Shown: in pieces, positions 1 through 8,687 of the stretch
Layout of the letters: every line of letters starts with the position of its first letter
Numbering within the stretch: the stretch's first letter is position 1
DNA from: Bacteroidales bacterium
Lineage (GTDB): Bacteria; Bacteroidota; Bacteroidia; Bacteroidales; Muribaculaceae
DNA: 64,000 nt
Direction of reading: 5' to 3'
NCBI GenBank assembly: GCA_019416425.1
Contig: DXXK01000067.1
Coordinates: forward strand, 488 to 64,487
Notes under the pieces: model-generated
What the model was told of the DNA's origin: nothing
The model's input: only the letters and a program-made list of their open reading frames with translations
Database searches by the model: none
Made by a program: the position numbers and the translations under genes

Positions 1-384
1 GGCATATTCAAGACCCTTGTTACGTTCAACCGGGTCAATGGGATGACCAGCCGTATAAAATCCGCAGTTTGGAGCTATGAACACATTGTCACCGAATGTA
101 ACCCGGGCTTCATCAAGGACCACCAGGTTGAAATTGGCGTAGAAGTTGTTGCCGACGCTGATATTGTAGCCATAATCACAATGGAACGGCTGCTCAATCT
201 GTATCCCCTCTTTGACATGACCAAGGATGGCACGCAGCAACACCTCGCGTTCCCGACTCTGACAAGGCCGCAAATCATTGTAGTCACGGCACATCTCCTT
301 GCATTCAAGACGCTCCGCGATAAGCTCGGCATCGCTATTCGCGTCATATATTATGCCCAAAAGCATTTTATCCTTCTCAGTCAT
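1..384 (-). CDS. Sugar O-acetyltransferase (Maa/LacA hexapeptide family), 3' end outside window
   Basis: Not in the ORF track. Manual translation from ATG at 384 gives MTEKDKMLLG...EQPFHCDYGYNISVGNNFYANFNLVVLDEARVTFGDNVFIAPNCGFYTAGHP, open to base 1. Confidence 0.9.
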   Translation of the reverse strand, partial: MTEKDKMLLGIIYDANSDAELIAERLECKEMCRDYNDLRPCQSREREVLLRAILGHVKEGIQIEQPFHCDYGYNISVGNNFYANFNLVVLDEARVTFGDNVFIAPNCGFYTAGHPIDPVERNKGLEYA

Positions 385-444
385 TGTCTATAACCATTTG
401 TTTGATTAACTTTGCAAAAGTATAACGTTCCAAGTTAACCGACA

Positions 445-1203
445 ATGGTCAGAAATAACCATTCAGACGAAAATAGAAAAGAACTTTATGAACTGCTACG
501 CTCCGGAGAGGCGTCATGCGGCAACATCTCGCTGTCGGATGTACTGAAATACGCACATTTCCTGGCGGATATCGAGAAAGCTTTGGTAGTAGTCAGCGAC
601 ATGGTCGCGGGCAACAGCCATATCATGGCCGGAGGATTCGAGCGTAACCTCGAGCTGGACGGATACCAGCGGGAGAATTCAATCTGGGAAAACCGAATTT
701 TCTCGCTGATGTCTCCGCAGACGTTGGATGAGAAGTATGTAGCCGAGCTTCGTTTTTTCCATTACCTCAGGCACTTGCCCAAAAGCAGAAAGTCCGACTA
801 TTATCTCATCTCCAAACTGCGGTTCCGCTTCATCGATGGCGAAAACCACGACGTTCTACACCGAATGTATTATATATTTGACTTGAAGAAAGAGCATGTA
901 CGTTTCGCCATCTGCATTTATGGTCCGTTGCCTTTCGACTTCAGCGGCAACAGCTATGTGGTCAATTCCATTACCGGAATAACGGAAGAACTTACGGCCT
1001 CCGGCAATGATGCGATTCTGAGTCCACGCGAGTGTCAGGTACTATCGCTGATCGACACCGGCATGAAAAGCGCTGACATTGCAAAGCAACTGAACATCAG
1101 CATCCACACCGTCAGCCGCCACCGTCAGGAAATAATCGGCAAGCTCCGGGTCAAGAACTCGCATGAAGCGTGCCGTATGGCAAAAGCCATGAAAATCATC
1201 TGA
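445..1203 (+). CDS. LuxR-family transcriptional regulator
   Basis: C-terminal LSPRECQVLSLIDTGMKSADIAKQLNISIHTVSRHRQEIIGKL LuxR HTH. Confidence 0.9.
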   Translation: MVRNNHSDENRKELYELLRSGEASCGNISLSDVLKYAHFLADIEKALVVVSDMVAGNSHIMAGGFERNLELDGYQRENSIWENRIFSLMSPQTLDEKYVAELRFFHYLRHLPKSRKSDYYLISKLRFRFIDGENHDVLHRMYYIFDLKKEHVRFAICIYGPLPFDFSGNSYVVNSITGITEELTASGNDAILSPRECQVLSLIDTGMKSADIAKQLNISIHTVSRHRQEIIGKLRVKNSHEACRMAKAMKII

Positions 1204-1243
1204 CTTATCCCCCTGTAATGAAAAGAATATTACAACACTTTTT

Positions 1244-2066
1244 TCATTTCAACATTTTCCTATCATAATCGTTACTTTCAAGAACGCTCATCTGATGAAT
1301 GGCGATTTGATTGAGTTTTATTAGACGCTCTTGCTGCGGCATCCCTTGCTCGATAAACACTGCATTGAGATTCTCCATATTGGATAGACATATCAATTCG
1401 TTTATGGAAGCGTAATCGCGAATATTCCCTTTTGGGTCCGGATTTGCGTCACGCCATTGTTTTGCCGTCATACCGAACATAGCTACATTGAGCACATCCG
1501 CTTCATTGGCATAAATATGGCTCGCTTGTATCTTGGTTATTTCTGCTGGAATGAGATTTTGTTTTATGGCATCGGTATGAATACGGTAATTTATTTTAGA
1601 CAATTCACGTTTTGCTGACCATCCTATAAGATGTTGCTCTTCATCTTTGAGTCGCTGGAATTCCTTAACAATGTATACTTTGAACTCAGGACTTATACAC
1701 ATTGCAAACTCGAAAGCAATATCCTTACTCGAAAGCAATATCCTTATGGGCATAAGTGCCACCATAACGTCCTGCCTTTGCCTGTACAGACACAGCATTA
1801 GTCCTTGTGACAAACTCCTTTACGCTTATCTTGAAACTATTAAGGCCCGATTGATTTCTAATTATGGCGAATTCGCCATAATTAAAATTAGGATTATACA
1901 CTTTCTCCCATATTCCTATATATTCCAACGTATTACGATTACGAAGCCAATCAGTTATGAAAAAATCCCCATCCTTGGCTCGTAACATATCGGTAAGGCA
2001 TATATAATCCTCACCGTTTACTTTCAGGACATTTACCTCCGCGTCTTTTACTATGAGTTTTGTCAT
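1244..2066 (-). pseudogene. KilA-N domain DNA-binding protein, frameshifted
   Basis: N-part EDYICLTDML...DWLRNRNTLEYIGIWE...GRYGGTYAHKDIAFE continues in another frame as KDIAFEFAMCISPEFK; caused by a 19-bp tandem duplication at 1708-1745. Confidence 0.85.
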
Positions 2067-2258
2067 ACTGTTAATTTTAATCGTCTCGAAAACCTGTACA
2101 TTTGGGTATAGTCAATAAAAACAACTGTCTTTACAGTGTCGATTCTGATAGTCCTTGACGCATCAAGATTCCTGCCAGATTTATAATTGCAAATTTACAA
2201 AAAAATACGAATTATTTCATTATATTTGCAATCATTAGTTAGTAATATTGGAATCACT

Positions 2259-2741
2259 ATGAGAGCAATGAGAAAAGGCAATCGGCAGAAGTATGCCGAC
2301 TGGGCACTTGAGGTTTTCGACAGGGCACCGTATGTGACCGTAAGCATGATCCGACCCGACGGCACACCTTACGGACTGCCACTGTCGCTGGTGCGCGACG
2401 GCGACAATACATTCTACTTCCACTGCGCCGGCGAAGGCGAGAAACTCGACTGTCTGCGGCATAATCCGACTGTCAGCCTCTCGGCCGTCAGTAAATGTAC
2501 CCCAAAATTCGAAGAGGTAAAGAACAATTTCACGGAATATTTCCATTCCGCAATTGCAGTTGGCAAAGCCGAGATCGTCAACGATGACTCCGAGAAGATC
2601 AAGGCCCTGCGGCTGCTGTGCAGCAGATTCCTGCCCAAATTCATGGAGCATTTCGACGATGCCATAGCGCGTAGCCTTGACATCACCACTGTCGTAAGGA
2701 TAACGCTCACCGAACCACCCGTAGGCAAATGCAAACCGTAG
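2259..2741 (+). CDS. Pyridoxamine 5'-phosphate oxidase-like flavin-binding protein (Nim-like)
   Basis: PYGLPLS...FYFHCAGEGEKLDCLRHNPTVS motif; ATG 2259 follows TATATTTG at 2221-2228. Confidence 0.8.
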   Translation: MRAMRKGNRQKYADWALEVFDRAPYVTVSMIRPDGTPYGLPLSLVRDGDNTFYFHCAGEGEKLDCLRHNPTVSLSAVSKCTPKFEEVKNNFTEYFHSAIAVGKAEIVNDDSEKIKALRLLCSRFLPKFMEHFDDAIARSLDITTVVRITLTEPPVGKCKP

Positions 2742-2751
2742 TCCCGGATTG

Positions 2752-3804
2752 TCAGTCCCTCATCTTCTCCTCGATTGACTGAAGAAGCTTGAACTGTGCA
2801 CGGGCACGTACCAGATTGTGGTCCGGGTACGAGATGTGGTAATAAGTGTCGCCGTTCAGATAATCCGTCAGGAAACGCACAGCCTGCATATAGGCGAAAC
2901 GCTCGGCCGCATACGGCAGATTGTCTATCTCCGTCTGAGTCAGGAAACCGCCCGCACTTTCCAGGTATCCTTCGCGGAACGCCCGGTAGATGTCCATGTC
3001 AAACTCCACGCGGCTCAGGTCTCGGTCATCCTCGTCCCCCTTATTGGCCGCCGTACGCAGGAAATCACCGAAATCCGAGAATACAAACGACGGCATCACC
3101 GTGTCGAGGTCAATCACGCAAAGCACATCCCCGTTGCGGTCGAACAACATATTGTTGATCTTCGTGTCGCAATGGCAGATACGCTTAGGCAGCTTGCCCT
3201 CTCGGTACATCCGCTCGGCAAGACAGCCTCGATCAGCACGCTTCCTCAACTCATTCACCAGGTCACGGACGCCCTCCACCCTGCCGACAGGGTCGGCGGC
3301 GACGGCTTCGTCCAGCTGACGCAGACGCAACTCCATGTTGTGGAAATCGGGTATGCTCTCCCCTATCTCACCCTCCATGTCGCTCAGCATCTCCTGGAAA
3401 CAACCGAAAGCCACGCCGGCATGACGGGCATTCTCAGGAGTGACGGATTCCCGGGTCTCGGCATCCTCTATCATCAGCATCACGCGCCAGCAACTGTCGC
3501 CATCATGGATATAGGTCTTATCCGAACCGGCGACCTTGACAAGCGTCACTACCTTCCGGTCGATGTCTGCCTCCCCTCGGGCCTCTAATTTGGCACGTAT
3601 ATGTGCCGTTACCTTCTCGATGTTCCGCTGCAGCAGGTCCACGTCGCGGAACACGTTATGGTTGATACGCTGCAGGACATATGCGCGACCGGTCTTACGG
3701 TCCACGGCCTTGAAGGTATCGTTGATATGGCCGTTGCCGATCAGAACGATATTGTTCTCCTCGGCATCGATGCCGAACCGTCGCAGAATCTCGCTCTTGT
3801 CCAT
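2752..3804 (-). CDS. Aminoglycoside-phosphotransferase-fold sugar kinase (N-acetylhexosamine 1-kinase-like)
   Basis: GNGHINDTF, YVLQRINH, HCDTKINN and IDLDTVMP motifs; start overlaps the GH109 stop. Confidence 0.8.
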   Translation of the reverse strand: MDKSEILRRFGIDAEENNIVLIGNGHINDTFKAVDRKTGRAYVLQRINHNVFRDVDLLQRNIEKVTAHIRAKLEARGEADIDRKVVTLVKVAGSDKTYIHDGDSCWRVMLMIEDAETRESVTPENARHAGVAFGCFQEMLSDMEGEIGESIPDFHNMELRLRQLDEAVAADPVGRVEGVRDLVNELRKRADRGCLAERMYREGKLPKRICHCDTKINNMLFDRNGDVLCVIDLDTVMPSFVFSDFGDFLRTAANKGDEDDRDLSRVEFDMDIYRAFREGYLESAGGFLTQTEIDNLPYAAERFAYMQAVRFLTDYLNGDTYYHISYPDHNLVRARAQFKLLQSIEEKMRD

Positions 3805-5360
3805 TATTTCCTCTTTTTGCCGTTCTTCTTAGTCGCCTTCTTGGCAGCCTTCGCCTTCAACGCTGCCGTAAACGCCTCGGCTTTGGCAAGCGATTCGCTC
3901 TCCTGCTCGGGCGTGGCATAGGCATGGCTATAACCCTTGGTCTTGTTCCAGTCGCCGCGAGTGAAATCAGGGATGCTGACCGGAGCGCAGCCATTGTCCA
4001 TCGAGAGGGAACCCAACTCGGCGAGCGAGCACCATTCGGCCAGGTCATAGACATCCATATCCAACGGCAAGCCGTTCTGCAGGCAGTACACCAGACGGCT
4101 GTCCATGATGAAGTCCATGCCGCCGTGACCGCCGACCTCCTTGGCCATCTCGCCGTATTTCTTAAGAATGGGATGCTGATATTTCTCCTCCAACGCCTTG
4201 TGTTCGTTCTCCGGAAGGAATGTATGGGCCGAGAGGTCCTCGATATCCACCTTCACTCCGGCGTCGGTAAGCTGCTGACGTCCCACGGCATATCCCTCCA
4301 CTGGATATTTGTTGGCGAATCCGCGGGTTCCCGTCAGCTGGTAGAGGCGGTTGTAAGGCTGCGGAGTCATAACGTCATGCTGGATCTCGATCACCTTGCC
4401 GTTCTCCGTACGGATCAGGGTGGTGGTATGGTCGCCGTTGCGGAATCCATTGCATGTGGAATCGGCCATCTCCTTGACCAGCTCGCGCCCGTTGAACGAG
4501 CGGGTGTCCATGGCCACCAGTGTCTTCATGCGGTCGCCGCGATGTATGTTCATGGCCTGGGCAACGGGGCCGAGTCCGTGGGTGGGATACACATCGCCAC
4601 GGTGACGCATGTTGTAGTCCAGACGCCAGCCCAGACGGTCGTCCGGCCCCTTCTTCCAGTAATGCTTCCAGAAGGGCGACAGGTCGTGTATGTATGCTCC
4701 CTGGGCACGGATTATGTCGCCGAACACACCCTGCTGAGCCATATTGAGGGTGTTCATCTCGAACCAGTCGTAGCAGCAGTTCTCCAGAATCATGCAGTGC
4801 TTCTGCTGACGCTCGCTCAGGTCCACAAGATCCCAGCAGTCCTTCAGGGTCATAGCCGAGGGCACTTCGATAGCGACGTTCTTGCCGTTTTCCAGCGCGC
4901 ATTTGGCTATGGGTACATGATGCAGCCAGTCAGCGGCGATATAAACCAGGTCTATATCAGGACGCTTGCATAATTCCTTGTAACCTTCCTCGCCGTAATA
5001 TACCGTTGCCTCCGGCATCGAGGCTTGACGGAGATATTTCTGACAGCTGTCGGCACGGGCCTGCTCGTAATCGCATAGCGCCTTGATCTCCACGCCCGGT
5101 ATATGGGTGAACCGTTCCACGGCACCCGGGCCTCGCATGCCGAGACCTACGAACCCAACGCGCACCGATTCCATGGCCGGAAGCGCAAGACCGAGGACAC
5201 TCTGCTGCCCGGGCTGTCGGTCCGGATTCACTACCTCAATGGTACCTTTGTTCCAGTTCCATTCGGTTCCGTACTGGTTTACCTCGGCCGATGCCGGTAT
5301 GCCTGAAGCCATGGCTATAGTCACAGCGGATGCGAGAATCAAATTGTCGAGTATTTTCAT
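3804..5360 (-). CDS. GH109 alpha-N-acetylgalactosaminidase-like (Gfo/Idh/MocA fold), secreted
   Basis: Signal peptide; VGFVGLGMRG, EVPSA, MILENCCY, YPTHGLGP and GGHGGMD motifs. Confidence 0.88.
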   Translation of the reverse strand: MKILDNLILASAVTIAMASGIPASAEVNQYGTEWNWNKGTIEVVNPDRQPGQQSVLGLALPAMESVRVGFVGLGMRGPGAVERFTHIPGVEIKALCDYEQARADSCQKYLRQASMPEATVYYGEEGYKELCKRPDIDLVYIAADWLHHVPIAKCALENGKNVAIEVPSAMTLKDCWDLVDLSERQQKHCMILENCCYDWFEMNTLNMAQQGVFGDIIRAQGAYIHDLSPFWKHYWKKGPDDRLGWRLDYNMRHRGDVYPTHGLGPVAQAMNIHRGDRMKTLVAMDTRSFNGRELVKEMADSTCNGFRNGDHTTTLIRTENGKVIEIQHDVMTPQPYNRLYQLTGTRGFANKYPVEGYAVGRQQLTDAGVKVDIEDLSAHTFLPENEHKALEEKYQHPILKKYGEMAKEVGGHGGMDFIMDSRLVYCLQNGLPLDMDVYDLAEWCSLAELGSLSMDNGCAPVSIPDFTRGDWNKTKGYSHAYATPEQESESLAKAEAFTAALKAKAAKKATKKNGKKRK

Positions 5361-5501
5361 GATGTCGAGTTATCGTTGTTTCTGCAAAATTAAGATAAAA
5401 TCCGCATTCCTGCAACATTGATTCAATCCACGACATGAAAATCATTGGCCGATTTTTAGTAATTTTGCACTATTATAAGAACATTACTAATAAGTAGTAG
5501 T

Positions 5502-5870
5502 ATGGACATCGAGGAGTTTAGAGAATATTGCATATCCTTGGACGGCGTTACGGAAAAGACGCCCTTCGGGAAGTTTGCCCGTCGTTATGAATCGATTCTG
5601 GTATTTTACATTCTGGACCACATGTTCTGTCTTGTGGATATGGACGATTTCACCTCGGTGACGGTAAAATCGACACCGGATGAAATCGACAATCTCAAGA
5701 TGACACACACATCTGCCGGGAAACCGGTGAATCTACACGAACGACACTGGATCCGGCTCGATCTGAATGGCGATTTCACCGACAACGACATCTACGCGCT
5801 GGTCCACAGGGCCTATGACATCATCAAGGCTAAATACACTCGAAAAGCAGATAACAATAGAGTTAAATGA
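5502..5870 (+). CDS. MmcQ/YjbR family protein
   Basis: MDIEEFREYCISLDGVTEKTPF...HW...LVHRAYDII pattern. Confidence 0.85.
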   Translation: MDIEEFREYCISLDGVTEKTPFGKFARRYESILVFYILDHMFCLVDMDDFTSVTVKSTPDEIDNLKMTHTSAGKPVNLHERHWIRLDLNGDFTDNDIYALVHRAYDIIKAKYTRKADNNRVK

Positions 5871-6393
5871 TTTTCTCAAAGGCCTTGCGGCAGCCCTTCT
5901 CATATTTGATTTCTCCGCAATAGGAGAATCCAAGATTGGGAAGGAGTCCCAGCATTGCGTCATTGTCGAAATTAGTGTCGATCCTGAAACTGTGTATTCC
6001 AAGAGAACGCGCATAATCCGCTACAACAGTCAGGAATGTCCGGCCTATCCCCTGTCTTTTCATTGACTTACTGACCGCCAGCCGATGCACAACCACATAC
6101 TTGCCGTCCGTCAACCACTCGCCGTCGATGGTGTCGTATGCAGGTTCTCCGGTGAATACAACCGCGGCATAAGCTATGACCGTGCCGTCGATCTCCATGA
6201 CATATCCCACACCATGATCTATGTCCGAACGTACATGTGTATCGTTGGGATAACTCTTGTCCCACTGCAGCTTGCCTTCAGCCAGCATACGCTCCACGGC
6301 GTCGCGCAGTATTACGCCTACCTCCGGGACATCGTCTATCCTTGCCTTTCTGAACACAAGCGAATCTGATATCTGCTTAGTATAATCAATCAT
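5863..6393 (-). CDS. GNAT N-acetyltransferase
   Basis: VVHRLAVSKSMKRQGIG motif A; RIDTNFDN...LGFSYCG. Confidence 0.9.
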   Translation of the reverse strand: MIDYTKQISDSLVFRKARIDDVPEVGVILRDAVERMLAEGKLQWDKSYPNDTHVRSDIDHGVGYVMEIDGTVIAYAAVVFTGEPAYDTIDGEWLTDGKYVVVHRLAVSKSMKRQGIGRTFLTVVADYARSLGIHSFRIDTNFDNDAMLGLLPNLGFSYCGEIKYEKGCRKAFEKII

Positions 6394-6453
6394 TTCGACA
6401 GCAATTCATACAACACCCGCAAAGTTAATGAAAATCAGCGCAACCACCAACAC

Positions 6454-6487
6454 AAAGGCGATAGAGCATGATGCCCCATCGCCTTTT
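6454..6487. terminator. Intrinsic terminator-like hairpin after the hydrolase gene
   Basis: AAAGGCGAT...ATCGCCTTT inverted repeat. Confidence 0.6.
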
Positions 6488-6519
6488 CATTGCGGTTATA
6501 TCTTTGTGATTCAACACAT

Positions 6520-7605
6520 TTATTTGCCGATGTATTCATTGAAGAATTTCTCGATCGCGGCAAAGGGGATGATGTCCTTCCGGTCATAGAGGTCGGTGTG
6601 GCTTGCACCGGGAATCACCATGAACAGCTTGTTGTTGGGCTTGCCCGGAGTTACGGTCAGCTTCTTATAGGCATCACTGCTGAAATAGAAAGAGTGGGCT
6701 TTCTCTCCGTGGAGTATCAACACGGCGTTCTCGATTTCTCCGGCACGACTCATCAGCGGGAAGTTGATCCAGGGAATCGGGGATGTCGCGTTGCGACCGC
6801 CGTTGGAATTGAGCGAGCGGGGATGATAACCGCGTTTGGTCTTGTAGTAGTCGTAGTAGTCGCGAAGGAATTGGGGCGCGTCGTCGGGCAATACATCCGG
6901 TACACCGCCGCCGAGAGAGGGAGTGCCGTTGATATAATCCTCGGTGCGCTGTGCGGCCAATTTCTCACGGAGATCGTTGCGGGCCTCAGCACTGTCGTCG
7001 GCATCGAAGTAGCCGTTGGCGGTGACGCGGCTCATATCGTACATTGTGGATGCCAGGGTAGCCTTGATGCGTGGATCGGATGCTGCGGCATTGACGGCCA
7101 GACCTCCCCACCCGCAGATGCCTATGATGCCGACACGCTCGGGATCAACGTCGGGATTGGTTACCAGATAATCGACAGCGGCGCTGAAATCCTCGGTGTT
7201 GATGTCGGGCGACGTCATGTAGCGCGGAGCACCGCCGCTCTCGCCGGTGAACGAGGGGTCGAAGGCGATGGTCAGGAAACCCCGCTCCGCCATCTCCTGG
7301 GCATAAAGGCCGGCGGCCTGCTCCTTTACTGCTCCGAAGGGGCCACAGACGGCTATTGCAGGAAGCGTACCAATCGCTCCCTTTGGTTTATACATATCGG
7401 CGGCAAGTGTGATGCCGTAGCGGTTGACAAAGGTGACCTTGCTGTGGTTCACCTTGTCACTCTTGGGAAATGTCTTGTCCCATTCCTTGGTCAGAGTCAG
7501 CTTTTCCATATTGTTTCTGTTTTCTTTCGGATTGGAGGCATATACGTCTGTCATGCCTGATGCCAGTACTAACAGACCTGTCCCCAGTATTGATTTAATA
7601 TTCAT
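6520..7605 (-). CDS. Secreted alpha/beta hydrolase with Cys nucleophile elbow
   Basis: GPFGAVKEQ, AFDPSFTGESGG, GICGWGG elbow, GASHTDLYD. Confidence 0.88.
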   Translation of the reverse strand: MNIKSILGTGLLVLASGMTDVYASNPKENRNNMEKLTLTKEWDKTFPKSDKVNHSKVTFVNRYGITLAADMYKPKGAIGTLPAIAVCGPFGAVKEQAAGLYAQEMAERGFLTIAFDPSFTGESGGAPRYMTSPDINTEDFSAAVDYLVTNPDVDPERVGIIGICGWGGLAVNAAASDPRIKATLASTMYDMSRVTANGYFDADDSAEARNDLREKLAAQRTEDYINGTPSLGGGVPDVLPDDAPQFLRDYYDYYKTKRGYHPRSLNSNGGRNATSPIPWINFPLMSRAGEIENAVLILHGEKAHSFYFSSDAYKKLTVTPGKPNNKLFMVIPGASHTDLYDRKDIIPFAAIEKFFNEYIGK

Positions 7606-7663
7606 TACAGCGGTTTCTTAAATTTCATCGCAAAATTACACAAAGAGCCCCATAGCGAGGTTG

Positions 7664-7697
7664 CTGTGAGGCTCAATTATAATTTCTGAAAAGTTCA
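7664..7697 (-). promoter_or_regulatory. Putative AraC operator upstream of the hydrolase promoter
   Basis: CTGTGAGGCTCAA, identical to 8606-8618; both lie 26 bp from a TAATTTTG (-7) element. Confidence 0.65.
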
Positions 7698-7709
7698 GTT
7701 ATATTTTTA

Positions 7710-8552
7710 TCACATAACCGACGAGGGCGCTATGCCGAACTCCTTCTTAAAGGCGGTCGAGAAATGCGAGGGATTTCGGAAACCGACCTCGGCGTAAACC
7801 TCGACTACTTTCTTCTTTCCGGTCTTCATAAGTTCATACGCCTTCTCAAGACGCTTCTTGATAAGCCATTTCTCGGGGGTGAGGTCGCTGATCTTCTTGA
7901 AATCTCGCTTGAACGTAGCCAGACTGCGGCCCGTGTAGTGGGCAATCTCCTCGATGCTGAGCTCGCTTGTATAGTTCTCCTCCATGAAGCCGAGAATGTC
8001 GATCTTCCACGGCTCGTTGAAATCGAACATCGTCGGCACGAATCTTTCGTCGATTGCAAGAAGAGCCATCAGCCCTTCCTGCAGTTTCAATTCCATAAAA
8101 TCCTCCTTAGGCTTGACTTCGGGGTCGAAATATGGTGTCATCGAGGCAAAAAGACTGGCGAGCTCCACGGTCTTGGGCAATTTGATGACACCTTCCGGAA
8201 GTTTGTCGGTCTTTGCCTTGATCTTGTTGAGCGACAGCTTGACGTACATTTCCCTAAGGAAACTGCGGGTGAACATCAGGAAGATACCGCAATAACGCTC
8301 GCCCTGATAGGTCTTCTTGTACATGGTGATGTGATGGTCGCGCGGGATGAACACGCATTCCCCCTTGCGCACATGGATCTTCTCGCTTCCGTTGTCAAGA
8401 ATCATCTCGCCGGAGTACACATAATTGATGGCATACTCCCGCGAGCGGTGTATGCAGCCGCTCAGGTCATCATAGAAAAAGCTGTAAAACACATTGTTGT
8501 AGTTAAATATCAGCTTCATCGGGCCGAGGTTCTCTACTGTATCATTTGCCAT
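7710..8552 (-). CDS. AraC-family transcriptional regulator
   Basis: Cupin N-terminus; IAHYTGRSLATFKRDF...VYAEVGFRNPSHFSTAFKKEFG. Confidence 0.92.
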   Translation of the reverse strand: MANDTVENLGPMKLIFNYNNVFYSFFYDDLSGCIHRSREYAINYVYSGEMILDNGSEKIHVRKGECVFIPRDHHITMYKKTYQGERYCGIFLMFTRSFLREMYVKLSLNKIKAKTDKLPEGVIKLPKTVELASLFASMTPYFDPEVKPKEDFMELKLQEGLMALLAIDERFVPTMFDFNEPWKIDILGFMEENYTSELSIEEIAHYTGRSLATFKRDFKKISDLTPEKWLIKKRLEKAYELMKTGKKKVVEVYAEVGFRNPSHFSTAFKKEFGIAPSSVM

Positions 8553-8605
8553 AATATTTTCTCTTTAGACTGCAAAATTAGCAAGAAATAAGCATAATGC
8601 AATGC

Positions 8606-8639
8606 CTGTGAGGCTCAAAATTATTTTCTCAACGGCTCG
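8606..8639 (-). promoter_or_regulatory. Putative AraC autoregulatory operator
   Basis: Second copy of CTGTGAGGCTCAA with a degenerate half-site 22 bp away. Confidence 0.65.
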
Positions 8640-8687
8640 CAATACAGTACCTCGTCATGGACACGGATTAGTCCGTCATTATCAATT

